Assembly (NCBI GenBank): GCA_963741945.1 | Contig: CAVUKA010000003.1 | Coordinates: forward strand, 755,998-819,997 | Reading direction: 5' to 3' | DNA: 64,000 bases | Source: an uncultured Gemmatimonadales bacterium | Lineage (GTDB): Bacteria; Gemmatimonadota; Gemmatimonadetes; Longimicrobiales; RSA9 | The notes under the pieces: generated by a model | What the model was told of the DNA's origin: nothing | The model's database searches: none | What the model saw: only the letters and a program-made list of their open reading frames with translations | Made by a program: the position numbers and the translations under genes | In this document: one piece after another, positions 17,998 through 29,164 of the stretch | Layout of the letters: every line of letters starts with the position of its first letter | Position numbering within the stretch: position 1 is the first letter of the stretch

Positions 17998-20573
17998 CTA
18001 GGGCCTGCGCCCTGCCCCGCTCCTCTCCTCGAGTCGCTTCACGAGCGCGTTCACCGCCTCCTTCGTGTCCTCGAACCGCAGCCCCGCGGCGGCGGCCTTG
18101 AGCCGCGCCAGGGCCGCGCCGGGCTCGAGCCGGTTGGCCAGCGCGGTCAGCGCCCACCGCCGGACCCACCCGCGTTCGTCGTTCAGCGCGTCCACCAGCG
18201 CGTCGGCCGCGCGGTCGCTTCCCTGCGCGGCGAGGGCGCCCAGCGCCAGCGCCACGCCCTGGTCCGCGCCCAGCAGCTGCTCCAGGTCGCCGACGAAGGT
18301 GGTGTCCGCGAGACCGACCACGGCCCGGAGCGCGGCGTGGCGCACGATCTCCCGGTACGACGCCTCCCGCAGCGCCGCCCGGATCACGGGCCGGGCGCCC
18401 TGCCGCTCGATCCTCGCCACGGCCACCACGGCGGCCGCGCGCACGGTGTAGCTGGAGTCGCGCCCGAGGACGGCCTCGGCCGCGCTGGCTGCGCGGGGCA
18501 CGGCGCCGGGATTCGTCATCCCGATCTGCCCGATGGACGTGACGGCGGCGGCGCGCACCTGGGCGGAGGTGTCGCGCACCGCCGCCGTGAGCGCCGGCAG
18601 CGCGCGGTCGGCCGGGAACCCGGCGAGGGCGTCCGCGGCCTGTGCGCGGGTGAGGAAGTAGTCGGCGGACGTGGCGGCGTGGGCGAGGGCGGCGGCGGCG
18701 GCCTCGTCGTCGGTACGACCGGAGAGCTGGTCGATGACCCAGCTCCGGTCCCAGAGGTCCGGGTCGCGCCGGAGCTGCGCGGCCAGCCGCTCCGTGGGCT
18801 GCTCGAACTCCAGCGTCTTGAGGATCCCGTTGCCGTCGTCGAAGACCACCATGGCGGGCTCGCTCGCCACACCCTCCACGATGACGGTGTCCACGCGCTG
18901 GTCGATCCAGTCCCTGGCGACGACATCGCCGCCATCCGCCGTCCCCACACGCACCGTCACCGGCATCCGGAACACTTCGGGCGTGCGGTAGCGGACGCCG
19001 GCGCTGTCGGCAGTTAGGGAGTCCCGCTGCGTCTGTGTGGCGACGACAGTGACGCGGCGTGCGGCGCGGTCGTAGCTGGACGTGACGGTGAACGCCGGGT
19101 AGCCGGCGCTGTACACCCACTCGTCGAAGAACCAGTCCAGGTTCTCCCCCGTGGCGCCGAGGAACGCCTGGCGGAGGTCGTCGCTGGTGGCGTTGTCGTA
19201 TGCGTGGTCGGTGAGGAAGCGGTGTATGCCCGCCTGGAACGGGGCGCCGCCCAGGTACTCCCGGAGCATCTCGATGACGAGCGCGCCCTTGGGGTAGATG
19301 TTGTTCGACCCGAGCGACGCCAGCGGCATGCTGCGACGCCCCTCGATGGCCATGTACTGCCGCCACTCGTCGAGGTAGTAGTCCTCGCCCGCGTGCTCGC
19401 CCTCCCGGCTGCGCCAGTACTGCCCGGGCAGGAACTCGGCGAAGCCCTCGTTCAGCCACATGTTCGCCCAGTTCTCCGTGGTCACGTAGTCGCCGAACCA
19501 CTGGTGGGCCAGCTCGTGCGGGATCAGGATCCACTGGTACCACGGCCGGTCCGCGTACGCCCGCGCGTCCGGCAGCCAGTCCACCAGCGTGGTGGCGCTC
19601 ACGTTCTCCATCCCGCCGAAGAAGTCCGCAACCGTGGTCTGGGCGTACTTCGCCCACGGGTAGGGGATGCCCGTGTAGTCGGAGTACAGCTGGATCATGT
19701 CCGGCGTGACGCCGAACAGCCGCCGGGCCAGCGGCTCGTCCTCCCGGTAGACATAGTAGTCCACCGGCTTCCCCCGCCACTCGTCGTGGACCCTCGCCAG
19801 CGGCGCCACGATGAGTGAGACCAGGTACGTGGCGCTCGGCTTCTCCTGCCTCCACGTCATGGTGCGCGTACCGTCGGCGTTCTCCGTGTCGGCGACGAGC
19901 CGGCCGTTCGACACCGCGGTGTACTCCGCCGGCACCGTCGCCGCCAGCTCCCAGCCCATCTTGTCGTTCGGAAAGTCGTACGTGGGGAACCAGTCGTGGT
20001 TGTTGTCGTCCTCGCCCTGGCTCCAGATCTGCCGCGGCCGGTGCGGCCGCCCCTCGGACTCGATGAATGTCAGCCCGCGGCCGTTCTCCACCTTTCCGTC
20101 ATAGTCGATGTCGAAGCGGACCGTGTCGCCGAAGCCGGCGGGGCGAGGCAGGCGGACCACGAGCGTGTCGCCGCGGTGGGCGAAGTCGAGGGCGGGGGCG
20201 CGGGGTGCGGAGCGGCCGCGGGGCCCCGCGTCGCCCGTAACGGACCGGATCCCAGCAGGTGCCCCGCGTCCAGGATCACCGAGTCCAGCGCGGGCCGGAG
20301 CGATACCAGTGTGGTGCTCACCCGTCCCTCGAAGGAGGTGGAGTCCCAGTCGAAGTCCCGGACCTCGATCTGCTGGTGGACGAGGTCGTAGTCGTGGGAG
20401 CGCGTGTAGCGGTCGTTCAGGATCCGCTCGGCGTTGGACGGGGTAGTGCGTTGCGGCACCGCGGCGTCGACGCTGGCGCCCGTCTGCGCGGGGGCGCCGG
20501 CCTGAGCGGCGGCGGGCGAGGCGGCGAGGGCGGAGCCGAGGGCGAGGGCAAAGGGGAGGGCGAGGGTTTTCAC
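17998..20573 (-). CDS. M1 aminopeptidase with C-terminal HEAT-like repeats, frameshift ~20260
   Basis: GGMEN, HELAHQWFG, WLNEGFAE, IYPKGA; signal peptide at GTG 20573 in another frame. Confidence 0.9.
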
Positions 20574-20689
20574 GGGCGGCGTCCTGTGACGTGGGTTCCG
20601 GTCCTGGGATGGAGAATCGCGGGAGCCGGGCCCGGACGCAAAGGGGGCGGAAGGGGCTCCGGGTGCGCGGGCGGCGCTCGTCGCCGGGA

Positions 20690-22075
20690 TCAGGACCCGG
20701 CGGTGAGCAGCTGCGTGGCCACGCCTGCGGCAAAGCCCAGGAAGATGGCCCAGGTCCAGCGGAGGTGGCCCAGGAAGGTGTAGGTGTTCCTGGCCTGCCC
20801 CATGAGCGCCACACCGGCCGCGCTGCCGATGGAGAAGAGGGAGCCCCCGATCCCGGCGGTGAGCGTCACCAGCAGCCACTGCCCCTCGTCCATTTGGGGG
20901 CTCATCTGGAGCACGGAGTACATGACGGGGATGTTGTCCACCACGGCCGAGAGGAGCCCGACGGTGACGTTGGCGGCCGTCGCCCCGAAGGAGCCGTAGA
21001 GCCACTGAGAGGCGAGGGCGAGGTAGCCCAGGGTCGCGAGCCCGCCCACGGCCATGATCACGCCGTAGAAGAACAGGAGCGTGTCCCACTCCGCGCGCTT
21101 CAGCAGCCGGAACACGTCGAAGCTCGCGTCGGCCGGCGCGCTCTCGAACAGGGAGAACGGGGAGCTCGGGTCGAAGAAGAAGCCGCCGCCGTTCTGCCGG
21201 GGCGCGTCGCCCTTCCGGCGCACGCCCCACCCGAACACGTTGAGCACGGCCAGCCCCGTCATCATCCCGATCACGGGCGGCAGGTTCCAGGCGTGTCGGG
21301 AGTAGACGGTCCCCGCCACGGTCAGGATGAAGAGGGCGACCACTTCCAGCGCTCCCGGCTTGAGCCGCTCCCCGACGGCGGACGTGGTCGGGCGGCCGGC
21401 GGGCACCACGGTCTGCATGAGCAGCGCGGGGACGAGCCAGCTCACGAGGGCGGCGGGAAGGATGTGGAAGAAGTCCCCGAACGGGAGCATGCCGGCCTGC
21501 CAGACCATGAGCGTCGTCACGTCGCCGAAGGGGCTGAACGCGCCCCCCGCATTGGCGGCGACCACGACGTTCACGAGCGCCGCCACCAGGAACTTCGGCC
21601 GCTCGCCGGCCACGGCCACGACCACCGAGCCCACCACGAGGGCAGTGGTCATGTTGTCCACGATCGGGGACAGGACGAAGGCGAGGGCGCCGGTGATCCA
21701 GAACACCGCGCGCAGCGACAGCCGACGGCGCAGCAGCCAGGCGCGGAGCGCTTCGAACACGTTCCGCTCCTCCATGGTGTTCACGAACGTCATGGCGACG
21801 AGGAGGAAGAGGAACAGCTCGCCGAAGTCCGTCAGCTGCCGCCGCACCGCCTCCGCCGCGGCGTCCGGATACCCGAGGACGGTGAAGGCGTGTGCCACGA
21901 GCAGCCAGATGATGCCGGCAGCCAGCATCACGGGCTTGCTCTTCCGCAGCTGGAGCTGCTCCTCCAGGAGGACGAGCACATAGGCGGCGACGAAGATTCC
22001 GACCGCGGCGAAGCCTACCGGGCTCGCCACCAGATCCATCTGCGGCCCCGACAGCAGGGCGGATATGGCGAACAT
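20690..22075 (-). CDS. nhaD: NhaD Na+/H+ antiporter
   Basis: LRKSKPV, LFLLVAMT, DNMTTAL, AANAGGAFSPFGDVTTLMVW, GSLFSIGSAAGVALMG. Confidence 0.9.
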   Translation of the reverse strand: MFAISALLSGPQMDLVASPVGFAAVGIFVAAYVLVLLEEQLQLRKSKPVMLAAGIIWLLVAHAFTVLGYPDAAAEAVRRQLTDFGELFLFLLVAMTFVNTMEERNVFEALRAWLLRRRLSLRAVFWITGALAFVLSPIVDNMTTALVVGSVVVAVAGERPKFLVAALVNVVVAANAGGAFSPFGDVTTLMVWQAGMLPFGDFFHILPAALVSWLVPALLMQTVVPAGRPTTSAVGERLKPGALEVVALFILTVAGTVYSRHAWNLPPVIGMMTGLAVLNVFGWGVRRKGDAPRQNGGGFFFDPSSPFSLFESAPADASFDVFRLLKRAEWDTLLFFYGVIMAVGGLATLGYLALASQWLYGSFGATAANVTVGLLSAVVDNIPVMYSVLQMSPQMDEGQWLLVTLTAGIGGSLFSIGSAAGVALMGQARNTYTFLGHLRWTWAIFLGFAAGVATQLLTAGS

Positions 22076-22352
22076 GCTGTTCTATTCCCGCAGACGGCGG
22101 CTCCGCGACCGGGCCGCCGCGCTTGGCTGCAATCCATTCCAGCCGCCGTCCGTGCGGCGGCCGAGAGAAAGGAAGATGGCGGGTCTGCCCGGAATGGAAA
22201 GGGCCCGGCTCGCGCTCGACTCCGCGAGCCCCGGCCATCCGCGAGCCTGCCCGCCGGCGTCGCGATCGGCGGCGGGCGCTGGACGCTCCCCGGCCGGCGG
22301 TCTACCTTTCGCCGTCGCAATCCCACAACCCACCCGTAGAAAAGGCGACGTC

Positions 22353-23912
22353 ATGAGACACGCCGGTACGACCGCGCTCCTCCTCGCGGCGCTCATGCTT
22401 CCCGCGGGCACTCGCGCCCAGGACCGTCCGCAGGTCCGGCGGGAGAACGGCGAGGCCGCGCAGAAGGACGCCGATGTGAAGCCGGAGCAGGTGACCACGC
22501 ACCACTCGGCCGCGATCGGCGGGCAGAAGATCGACTACGACGCCACCGTCGGCGACGTCATCCTCCGCGACGACGACGGCCATCCCACTGCCGCGCTGTA
22601 CTACACCTACTATCAGCGCCGTGGCGTGTCCGACGCTGCCCATCGGCCGCTGGCGTTCGCCTACAACGGCGGCCCGGGCAGCTCATCGATCTGGGTGCAC
22701 ATGGGCGCGTTCGGCCCCAAGCGCGTGGCCGTCCCCGACACCACCCACGCCCCGCCGCCCCCGTACACGCTGGAGGACAACCAGTACAGTCTCCTCGACG
22801 TGGCCGACCTGGTGTTCATCGACCCGGTGGGCACCGGCTTCAGCCACCCGCTCGGCAACGCCACGGGGAAGGACTTCTGGGGCGTGGACGAGGATGCGCG
22901 CTCCCTGGCGCAGTTCGTCACGCGCTGGCTCAGCGAGAACGGACGCTGGAACTCGCCCCGCTACCTCATCGGCGAAAGCTACGGCACCACCCGCTCCGCA
23001 ACGCTCGGCAACCTGCTCCAGCAGCGGGAGAACCTGGACCTGAACGGCATCGTGCTGGTCTCCGCCGTCCTCGATTTCAGCACCATCACGTTCCAGCCCG
23101 GGAACGAGATGCCGTACATCACATACCTGCCCTCGTACGCCGCCGTGTCCTGGTACCACGACGTGCTGCCGCAGAAGCCGGCGGAGCTCCGGCCGTTCCT
23201 GGCCCAGGTGGAGCAGTTCGCCACGGGCGAGTACGCGCACGCGCTCCTCGCCGGCTCCGACCTCGATCCGTCAGAGCGGAACGCGGTCCTCGACAAGCTG
23301 GTGCAGTACACCGGACTGAGCCGTGACTACCTGGACAGGGCCGACCTGCGCGTGGACGCCAGCGAGTTCGAGAAGGAGCTCATGCGCGAGCACGGGCTCG
23401 TGGTCGGCCGCCTCGACGCCCGCTTCACCGGCCCCACGGGCGACCTGCTCGCCGAGCGCGCGCCGTACGACCCGCAGTCGTCCGCCATCAGCTCCGCCTA
23501 CACTTCGCTGTTCAACGAGTACCTGCACAACCAGCTCGACTTCGGCCGCGACCGCGTCTACCAGGTCAGCGGGAACGTGCGACCGTGGAACTGGACGCAC
23601 GGCATGACCCGCGGCTGGCCCGGCTACACCAACGTGGCCACGGACCTCGCCCAGGCCATCACGCAGAACCCGAAGCTCCACGTCATGCTCGCGTCCGGGC
23701 TCTTCGACCTGGCGACGCCGTACTTCGCCGCCGAGTACACCATGGACCACCTCGGCCTGCCGCCGGAGCTGCGCGACAACATCCGCGAGGAGGAGTACCT
23801 GGCAGGGCACATGATGTACGTCCACCCCCAGTCGCTGGCCAAGCTGAAGGCGGACATCGCCAGCTTCATTGCCGAGACCAGCGGCACCAGGACCGCGGCG
23901 GCAGGGCGGTAG
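22353..23912 (+). CDS. S10 family serine carboxypeptidase (secreted)
   Basis: YNGGPGSSS, FIDPVGTGFS, GESYG, DLATPY, AGHMMY. Confidence 0.92.
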   Translation: MRHAGTTALLLAALMLPAGTRAQDRPQVRRENGEAAQKDADVKPEQVTTHHSAAIGGQKIDYDATVGDVILRDDDGHPTAALYYTYYQRRGVSDAAHRPLAFAYNGGPGSSSIWVHMGAFGPKRVAVPDTTHAPPPPYTLEDNQYSLLDVADLVFIDPVGTGFSHPLGNATGKDFWGVDEDARSLAQFVTRWLSENGRWNSPRYLIGESYGTTRSATLGNLLQQRENLDLNGIVLVSAVLDFSTITFQPGNEMPYITYLPSYAAVSWYHDVLPQKPAELRPFLAQVEQFATGEYAHALLAGSDLDPSERNAVLDKLVQYTGLSRDYLDRADLRVDASEFEKELMREHGLVVGRLDARFTGPTGDLLAERAPYDPQSSAISSAYTSLFNEYLHNQLDFGRDRVYQVSGNVRPWNWTHGMTRGWPGYTNVATDLAQAITQNPKLHVMLASGLFDLATPYFAAEYTMDHLGLPPELRDNIREEEYLAGHMMYVHPQSLAKLKADIASFIAETSGTRTAAAGR

Positions 23913-24141
23913 CGAAGGAGCGCCCCGATCGTCTGGGTCAGGGCCGAGGCCTCGGCTCCACCGCCCGGAAACGCCGGACACGCCAGACGGAACACGGGCG
24001 CGGGGCGCGGCGGGGGAGGGCGGGCCCGGCCGCACGGTCCGGGCCTCCATCACCCGTCTCCGTTCTCCGGGCCCTTTGCGCGGCCCGTTCCCCCCGCCCC
24101 ATTATCCGTCCGGACCATCCCAACCTTCCGGAGGCCAGACC

Positions 24142-26148
24142 ATGCCCCGCAGCCCTCGCCCGCTCGCGGCCCGCGCCGCCAGCGTCATCGCCCTTGCCGC
24201 CCTCGCGGTCGGCGCGGCCCTCGTCGCCCCGAGCGCCGCCGTCGCGCAGCGCCCCAACAAGCCCGTGCTGCACGGGCAGCACTGGGTGGCCATCACCGGG
24301 AAGCCGCTCGCCGCCACCGCGGGCGCGCGGATCTTCCAGGAGGGCGGCAACGCCGTGGACGCCGCGTGCGCCATGCTCGGCGCCGTCACCACCATGTGGG
24401 ACGTGCTCAGCTGGGGCGGTGAGACGCAGGCGCTGATCTACAACCCCGAGACCGGCAAGGTGATCGGGATCAACGCCCTGGGCGTGGCGCCCACCGGGGC
24501 GACGGCGGAGTTCTACCGCTCCAAGGGCTACGACTACCCGCCCGAGTACGGCCCCCTCGCCGCAGTCACGCCGGGCACCCCCGGCGGCCTCATGACCATG
24601 CTCGCCGAGTACGGCACCATGAGCCTGGCGCAGGTGCTGGCGCCCGCCATCGAGCTGGCCGACGGCTACCCCATCGAGGCCCAGACCGCCAACTCCATCG
24701 AGCGGGCGAAGGACCAGATCAAGGAGTGGCCGTACTCGAAGGCCGTGTTCCTCCCGCACCTCGGCTCCGGCGGCCGCGAAGCCCCGTCCGCCGGCGAGGT
24801 CTTCCGCCAGAAGGACCTGGCCGCCACGCTGCGCAAGCTGGTGGCCGCGGAGAAGGCGGCGCTGGACGCCGGGAAGAGTCGCGAGGAGGCGATCCACGCC
24901 GCGTACGACCGCTTCTACAAGGGTGACATCGCGCAGGAGATCGTCCGCTCGGTGCGCGAGCAGGGCGGCCTCTTCACCCTGGACGACCTCGCCAACTGGC
25001 AGGTGCACATCGAGGAGCCCGTCCACACAGACTACAAGGGGATCGAGGTCTACAAGCTGACCCACTGGGTGCAGGGCCCGGTCATGCTCCAGACGCTGAA
25101 CATCCTGGAGAACTTCGACCTGAAGAGCATGGGCTACAACAGCGCCCGCTACATGCACACGCTCTACCAGGCCATGAACCTGGCGTATGCCGACCGCGAC
25201 TTCTACTACGGCGACCCGTACGTCCCGCCCGAGGAGCCCATCGAGGGGCTGCTGTCCAAGGACTACGCCCGGGAGCGGGCCAAGCTCATCGACCCCGACC
25301 ACAACGACCCCGACGTGCGCCCCGGCGACCCGTACCCCTTCATGGGAGAGACCAATCCGTACCGGGACCTCCTGGCGAACTGGCATACGACGACCCGCTT
25401 CGGCGACCACGGCAAGCCCACCACCCCGGACCGGGATGCCACCCTCGCCCCGACCCCCGCCGGCGGCGTCATGGTCGCGACGGATGCGGCCTCGCGGCCC
25501 GGCGTCGCAAGCGCCGACCTCGAGTTCGGCGCCGCGGCCGACGGCTTCGCGCAGCCCGGCTTCTTCGCCGGCACCACGTCCATCCAGGCCGCGGACGACG
25601 ACGGCTGGGTGGTCTCCGTCACTCCCAGCGGCGGCTGGGTTCCGGCCGTCGTCGCCGGGCACACCGGCGTCGGCCTGAGCCAGCGCGCCCAGAGCTTCGT
25701 GCTCTACCCGGCGGAGAACCCGTTCAACGTCATCCACCCCGGCCAGCGCCCCCGCGCCACGCTCACGCCGGGCCTCGCCATGAAGGACGGGAAGCCGTAC
25801 CTCAGCTTCGCCGTCCAGGGCGGCGACACCCAGGACCAGAACCTCCTGCAGTTCTTCCTGGACGTGGTCGAGTTCGGGATGGACGTCCAGCAGGCGACGG
25901 AGGCCGCCAACATCAACAGCTACCAGATGCGCAGCTCCTTCGGCACGCACGAGTCGGAGCCGGGGCGTGTGACCGTCCAGGAGCAGACCTCCCCCTGGGT
26001 GCTCGACCAGATGCGCCGCATGGGCTACCGCCTCGACCTCCAGGAGCGCACGTCCGGCCCCATCAACGCCATCTTCTTCGACCGCGAGCACGGGACGTTC
26101 TGGGGGGGAAGCAGCGATTACGGGGAGGATTACGGCATCGCGTGGTAG
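24142..26148 (+). CDS. ggt: Gamma-glutamyltransferase family protein (secreted)
   Basis: GGNAVDAA, AYADRD.YYGDP, nucleophile TTSIQAAD, PGQRPRATLTP, QGGDTQDQ. Confidence 0.88.
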   Translation: MPRSPRPLAARAASVIALAALAVGAALVAPSAAVAQRPNKPVLHGQHWVAITGKPLAATAGARIFQEGGNAVDAACAMLGAVTTMWDVLSWGGETQALIYNPETGKVIGINALGVAPTGATAEFYRSKGYDYPPEYGPLAAVTPGTPGGLMTMLAEYGTMSLAQVLAPAIELADGYPIEAQTANSIERAKDQIKEWPYSKAVFLPHLGSGGREAPSAGEVFRQKDLAATLRKLVAAEKAALDAGKSREEAIHAAYDRFYKGDIAQEIVRSVREQGGLFTLDDLANWQVHIEEPVHTDYKGIEVYKLTHWVQGPVMLQTLNILENFDLKSMGYNSARYMHTLYQAMNLAYADRDFYYGDPYVPPEEPIEGLLSKDYARERAKLIDPDHNDPDVRPGDPYPFMGETNPYRDLLANWHTTTRFGDHGKPTTPDRDATLAPTPAGGVMVATDAASRPGVASADLEFGAAADGFAQPGFFAGTTSIQAADDDGWVVSVTPSGGWVPAVVAGHTGVGLSQRAQSFVLYPAENPFNVIHPGQRPRATLTPGLAMKDGKPYLSFAVQGGDTQDQNLLQFFLDVVEFGMDVQQATEAANINSYQMRSSFGTHESEPGRVTVQEQTSPWVLDQMRRMGYRLDLQERTSGPINAIFFDREHGTFWGGSSDYGEDYGIAW

Positions 26149-26183
26149 GCGGGTAGGCTGACCGCCACCCGCCGGCCGGCGAG

Positions 26184-26281
26184 TGTACGACGGACGGCAT
26201 ATGTCGCCGATGATCGTTCAAGCGACGTCGGCGCGCGGGTCCATTGAACGGTCCACGGCACATATCGCCGACGATCGTTCA
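26184..26281. repeat. Second copy (inverted) of the 61-bp-period palindromic element
   Basis: 37-bp units 26184-26220 and 26245-26281; reverse complement aligns with 12266-12363, including the spacer. Confidence 0.8.
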
Positions 26282-26363
26282 ATCGACCGCCGGGGGCGCT
26301 CCGCTTGCCGCCCGCTCGGCTCCTGGACAAGTTGGGGAATCCCATTCTGACGGAGGAAAACCC

Positions 26364-28586
26364 GTGCGCCGTCCTCGCTCCCGACCCGCCCCCCCGACAC
26401 GCCCAGCCCGACGCACTCCAGCCACCGGAACCACCCGAGCCACCCGAGCCACCCGAGCCACCCTCGCCACCCTCGCCACCCTCGCGGCCCTTTCGCTGAC
26501 GCTCGCTTCCTGCGGCTTCGGACCGTCCACGGCGGACCGCGCCGACGCCCTCACGGGCGACTGGGACTGGTACCGGACCATGGGGACGGAGCCCATCGGC
26601 GGGTTCGAGGGGAGCCGTCGCATGGCGTTCGTCCACTTCGAGGGCGACGACGCGTCGGAGGCGTGGGTGCGCCGTCGCTCGGATACGCCCATGTACGACG
26701 TGCGGGCGGTCCGCCTCGCCGGCGACTCCGTGGTCCTGACGCTTGCCGCACCCGGGAGCGCGGCGCCCGCGTCGGCGGTGGAGGCGGGCCCGGGCGAAGC
26801 GCCGTCCTTCCGGGGTGTGGTGGCCGGGGACAGCATCGTCGGCCTGCGCTACCAGGGGAGCGAAGCCGTGGAGCGGGTCCGGCTGGTGCGCCGGTCGTCG
26901 CCGCCGGACTACGAGCCGTACACCTCGCTCTGGGAGGGCGACGTCTCCGATTCCGCCTACGATGTGACCATCGACCCCGCCGTCCCCATGCACGCGCGGG
27001 ACGGCACGCTGCTCATGAGCTTCGTGGGCCGGCCCATGGGCGACGGCCCGTTCCCCATCGTCATGGAGCGGACGCCCTATCTCCGGTGGGACACGGCGGC
27101 GGCGCGGTTCTGGGCGGCACGCGGCTACATCTACGTGAAGCAGGACGTGCGCGGCCGCGGCGGCTCGGACGGCGTGTTGGACATGAACGCCGGGCAGATG
27201 GAGGACGGCTACGACGCGGTGGAGTGGGCGGCGTCGCTGCCGGGGTCGAACGGGAAGGTGGGGATGGTGGGCCGGTCGAACCCGGGGCTGTACGCGTGGT
27301 ACGCGGCCATCGCGCAGCCGCCGCACCTGGGCGCCATCGCGCCGGCGGTGGCCACGGCGGACCCGGTCCGGCTGGTGCCGTACATCGACATGGTCTTTTC
27401 GCCCACCATCGTCCCCTGGCTCTGCCTCACGGCCGTCAAGGACCAGCTGAGCGACATGGGGCCGGTGAAGGAAGTGGAAGCGTTCAACCACCTGCCGGTC
27501 ATCGACGCGGACACGATCGCCGGGTGCCCCCGTCGCCAGTTCTGGCTGGACTGGTTCGACCACCAGAGCCAGGACGACTACTGGAAGGCGCTCGGCGTGG
27601 AGAACCACCTGGACCGCGTGAACGTCCCGGTCCTCGGCATCGCCGGCTGGTACGACGACGCCCGGGGCACCATCCGCAACTACGAGGTCATGAGCCGGAT
27701 GCCGGGCCACCCGCCGCTGCGCGTGGTCATGGACGCGGGCGCGCACAAGGGGATCGACTACGTCCACGGGCACTTCGGGCCCCGCGCCCGCATCGACCCG
27801 CGCCTGCTCCAGCTGCGCTGGTTCGACCGCTGGCTGAAGGGGATCGACAATGGCGTGGACCGCGAGCCGCCGCTCGACTTCTTCATCATGGGCGACAACA
27901 CCTGGCGGCAGGAGACCGGGTGGCCGCTGGCCCGCACCCGCTTCACCCGCTTCTATCTCCATTCCGGCGGCGCCGCCAACACTTCTTCCGGCGACGGCCG
28001 GCTCGACACCGTCCCGCCCGCCGCCGAGCCCGAGGACACGTTCACCTACGACCCGGGCGACCCCACACCCTACCTCGTGGACGCCCGCGAGCTCGAGCTG
28101 GCGCTGAACGAGGACTACGCGGCGCTCAACGCTTCCCGCCGCGACGTGCTGGTGTTCGACACGCCCCCGCTCGAGGACGAGCTGGAGCTCACGGGCCCCA
28201 TCACCGCCACGCTCTGGGCCGCCACCGACGCGCGCGACACCGACTGGCATGTCATGCTGCTGGACGTGCACCCGGACGGCACCACCCGCCGCATCCAGGA
28301 CGGGATCGCACGCGCGCGGTTCCGCAACGGCTTCGACCGCCCGGAGCTGCCGGAGCCCGGCGTCGCCTACCAATACGACATCGACCTCTGGTTCACCGGG
28401 CTCGTGATCCCCGCCGGTCACCGCATCCGTGTCACCGTGGAGTCGGCGGCGTTCCCCAAGTACGATCGGAACCTGAACACCGGGGGCGACAACGAGCGCG
28501 ACACCGCGTACGTGGCCGCGCACCAGCGTATCTTTCACGACGGCGGGCACCCGTCATTCGTGACGCTGCCCGTGATTCCTCGCTAG
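26364..28586 (+). CDS. CocE/NonD family hydrolase lipoprotein
   Basis: MERTPY, QDVRGRGGSDG, nucleophile elbow GRSNPG, GWYD, FPKYDRNLNTG; lipobox LASC; RBS GGAGG. Confidence 0.88.
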   Translation: MRRPRSRPAPPTRPARRTPATGTTRATRATRATLATLATLAALSLTLASCGFGPSTADRADALTGDWDWYRTMGTEPIGGFEGSRRMAFVHFEGDDASEAWVRRRSDTPMYDVRAVRLAGDSVVLTLAAPGSAAPASAVEAGPGEAPSFRGVVAGDSIVGLRYQGSEAVERVRLVRRSSPPDYEPYTSLWEGDVSDSAYDVTIDPAVPMHARDGTLLMSFVGRPMGDGPFPIVMERTPYLRWDTAAARFWAARGYIYVKQDVRGRGGSDGVLDMNAGQMEDGYDAVEWAASLPGSNGKVGMVGRSNPGLYAWYAAIAQPPHLGAIAPAVATADPVRLVPYIDMVFSPTIVPWLCLTAVKDQLSDMGPVKEVEAFNHLPVIDADTIAGCPRRQFWLDWFDHQSQDDYWKALGVENHLDRVNVPVLGIAGWYDDARGTIRNYEVMSRMPGHPPLRVVMDAGAHKGIDYVHGHFGPRARIDPRLLQLRWFDRWLKGIDNGVDREPPLDFFIMGDNTWRQETGWPLARTRFTRFYLHSGGAANTSSGDGRLDTVPPAAEPEDTFTYDPGDPTPYLVDARELELALNEDYAALNASRRDVLVFDTPPLEDELELTGPITATLWAATDARDTDWHVMLLDVHPDGTTRRIQDGIARARFRNGFDRPELPEPGVAYQYDIDLWFTGLVIPAGHRIRVTVESAAFPKYDRNLNTGGDNERDTAYVAAHQRIFHDGGHPSFVTLPVIPR
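26421..26484 (+). repeat. 9-bp tandem repeat (GCCACCCGA/GCCACCCTC) within the signal peptide
   Basis: Encodes ...TRATRATRATLATLATLA. Confidence 0.8.
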
Positions 28587-28621
28587 CGGCCAGGCAACGG
28601 GTCCGGGAAAGGAGGGGGACC

Positions 28622-29030
28622 ATGCGGATCGGTGTGCGACTCCGTCGGGATCGCCGGCATGCGCTGGGGATCGTCGCGATGGTGGCTGCCGCGGCGGTCG
28701 CGGCGTGCGGCCCTGATCAGGGCACCGCCCCTGAGATCGGCGACGGCGAATGGAGCGCGGTGCCTGCGGACCCATCACTCCGGCTCCCCGGTGCCGATCC
28801 CTTCGGGGGCCCCGGCGCCGTGCGCCAGGTGGTTCGATCGGCGGAGAACTGGGCCTCTCTCTGGGACGAATGGCAGGCCACGCGCCAGCCGTCCGGAGCA
28901 TGAGCCCCGGCCCCCGGTGCACCGCCCTCGCCGTCATCACCCGGCCCGCAGTGGCAGTGGCCGCGGCGCTAACCGAAGCGCCGGTCCGCTTCCTCGAGCA
29001 CCCGTACGTGCATCGCTGCGACGACGGACG
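28622..29030 (+). pseudogene. Probable disrupted lipoprotein (PrcB-C-terminal-domain-like), internally deleted or frameshifted
   Basis: Lipobox VAAC, VVRSAENWASLW then stop at 28903; SPGPRC..LAVITRP...PVRFLE..C continues in another frame. Confidence 0.45.
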
Positions 29031-29164
29031 AGCGCGAGGGCCGCTGCGCCGTCTTCGCCCGATGACGAAACGCCCCCTCCCGGTCCACACCGGGAGGGGG
29101 CGAGATCGTGCGTGCCGCGCGTCAGCCCCGTGGCCGACCGCGGGTCAGCGAACCGTCATTCCGG

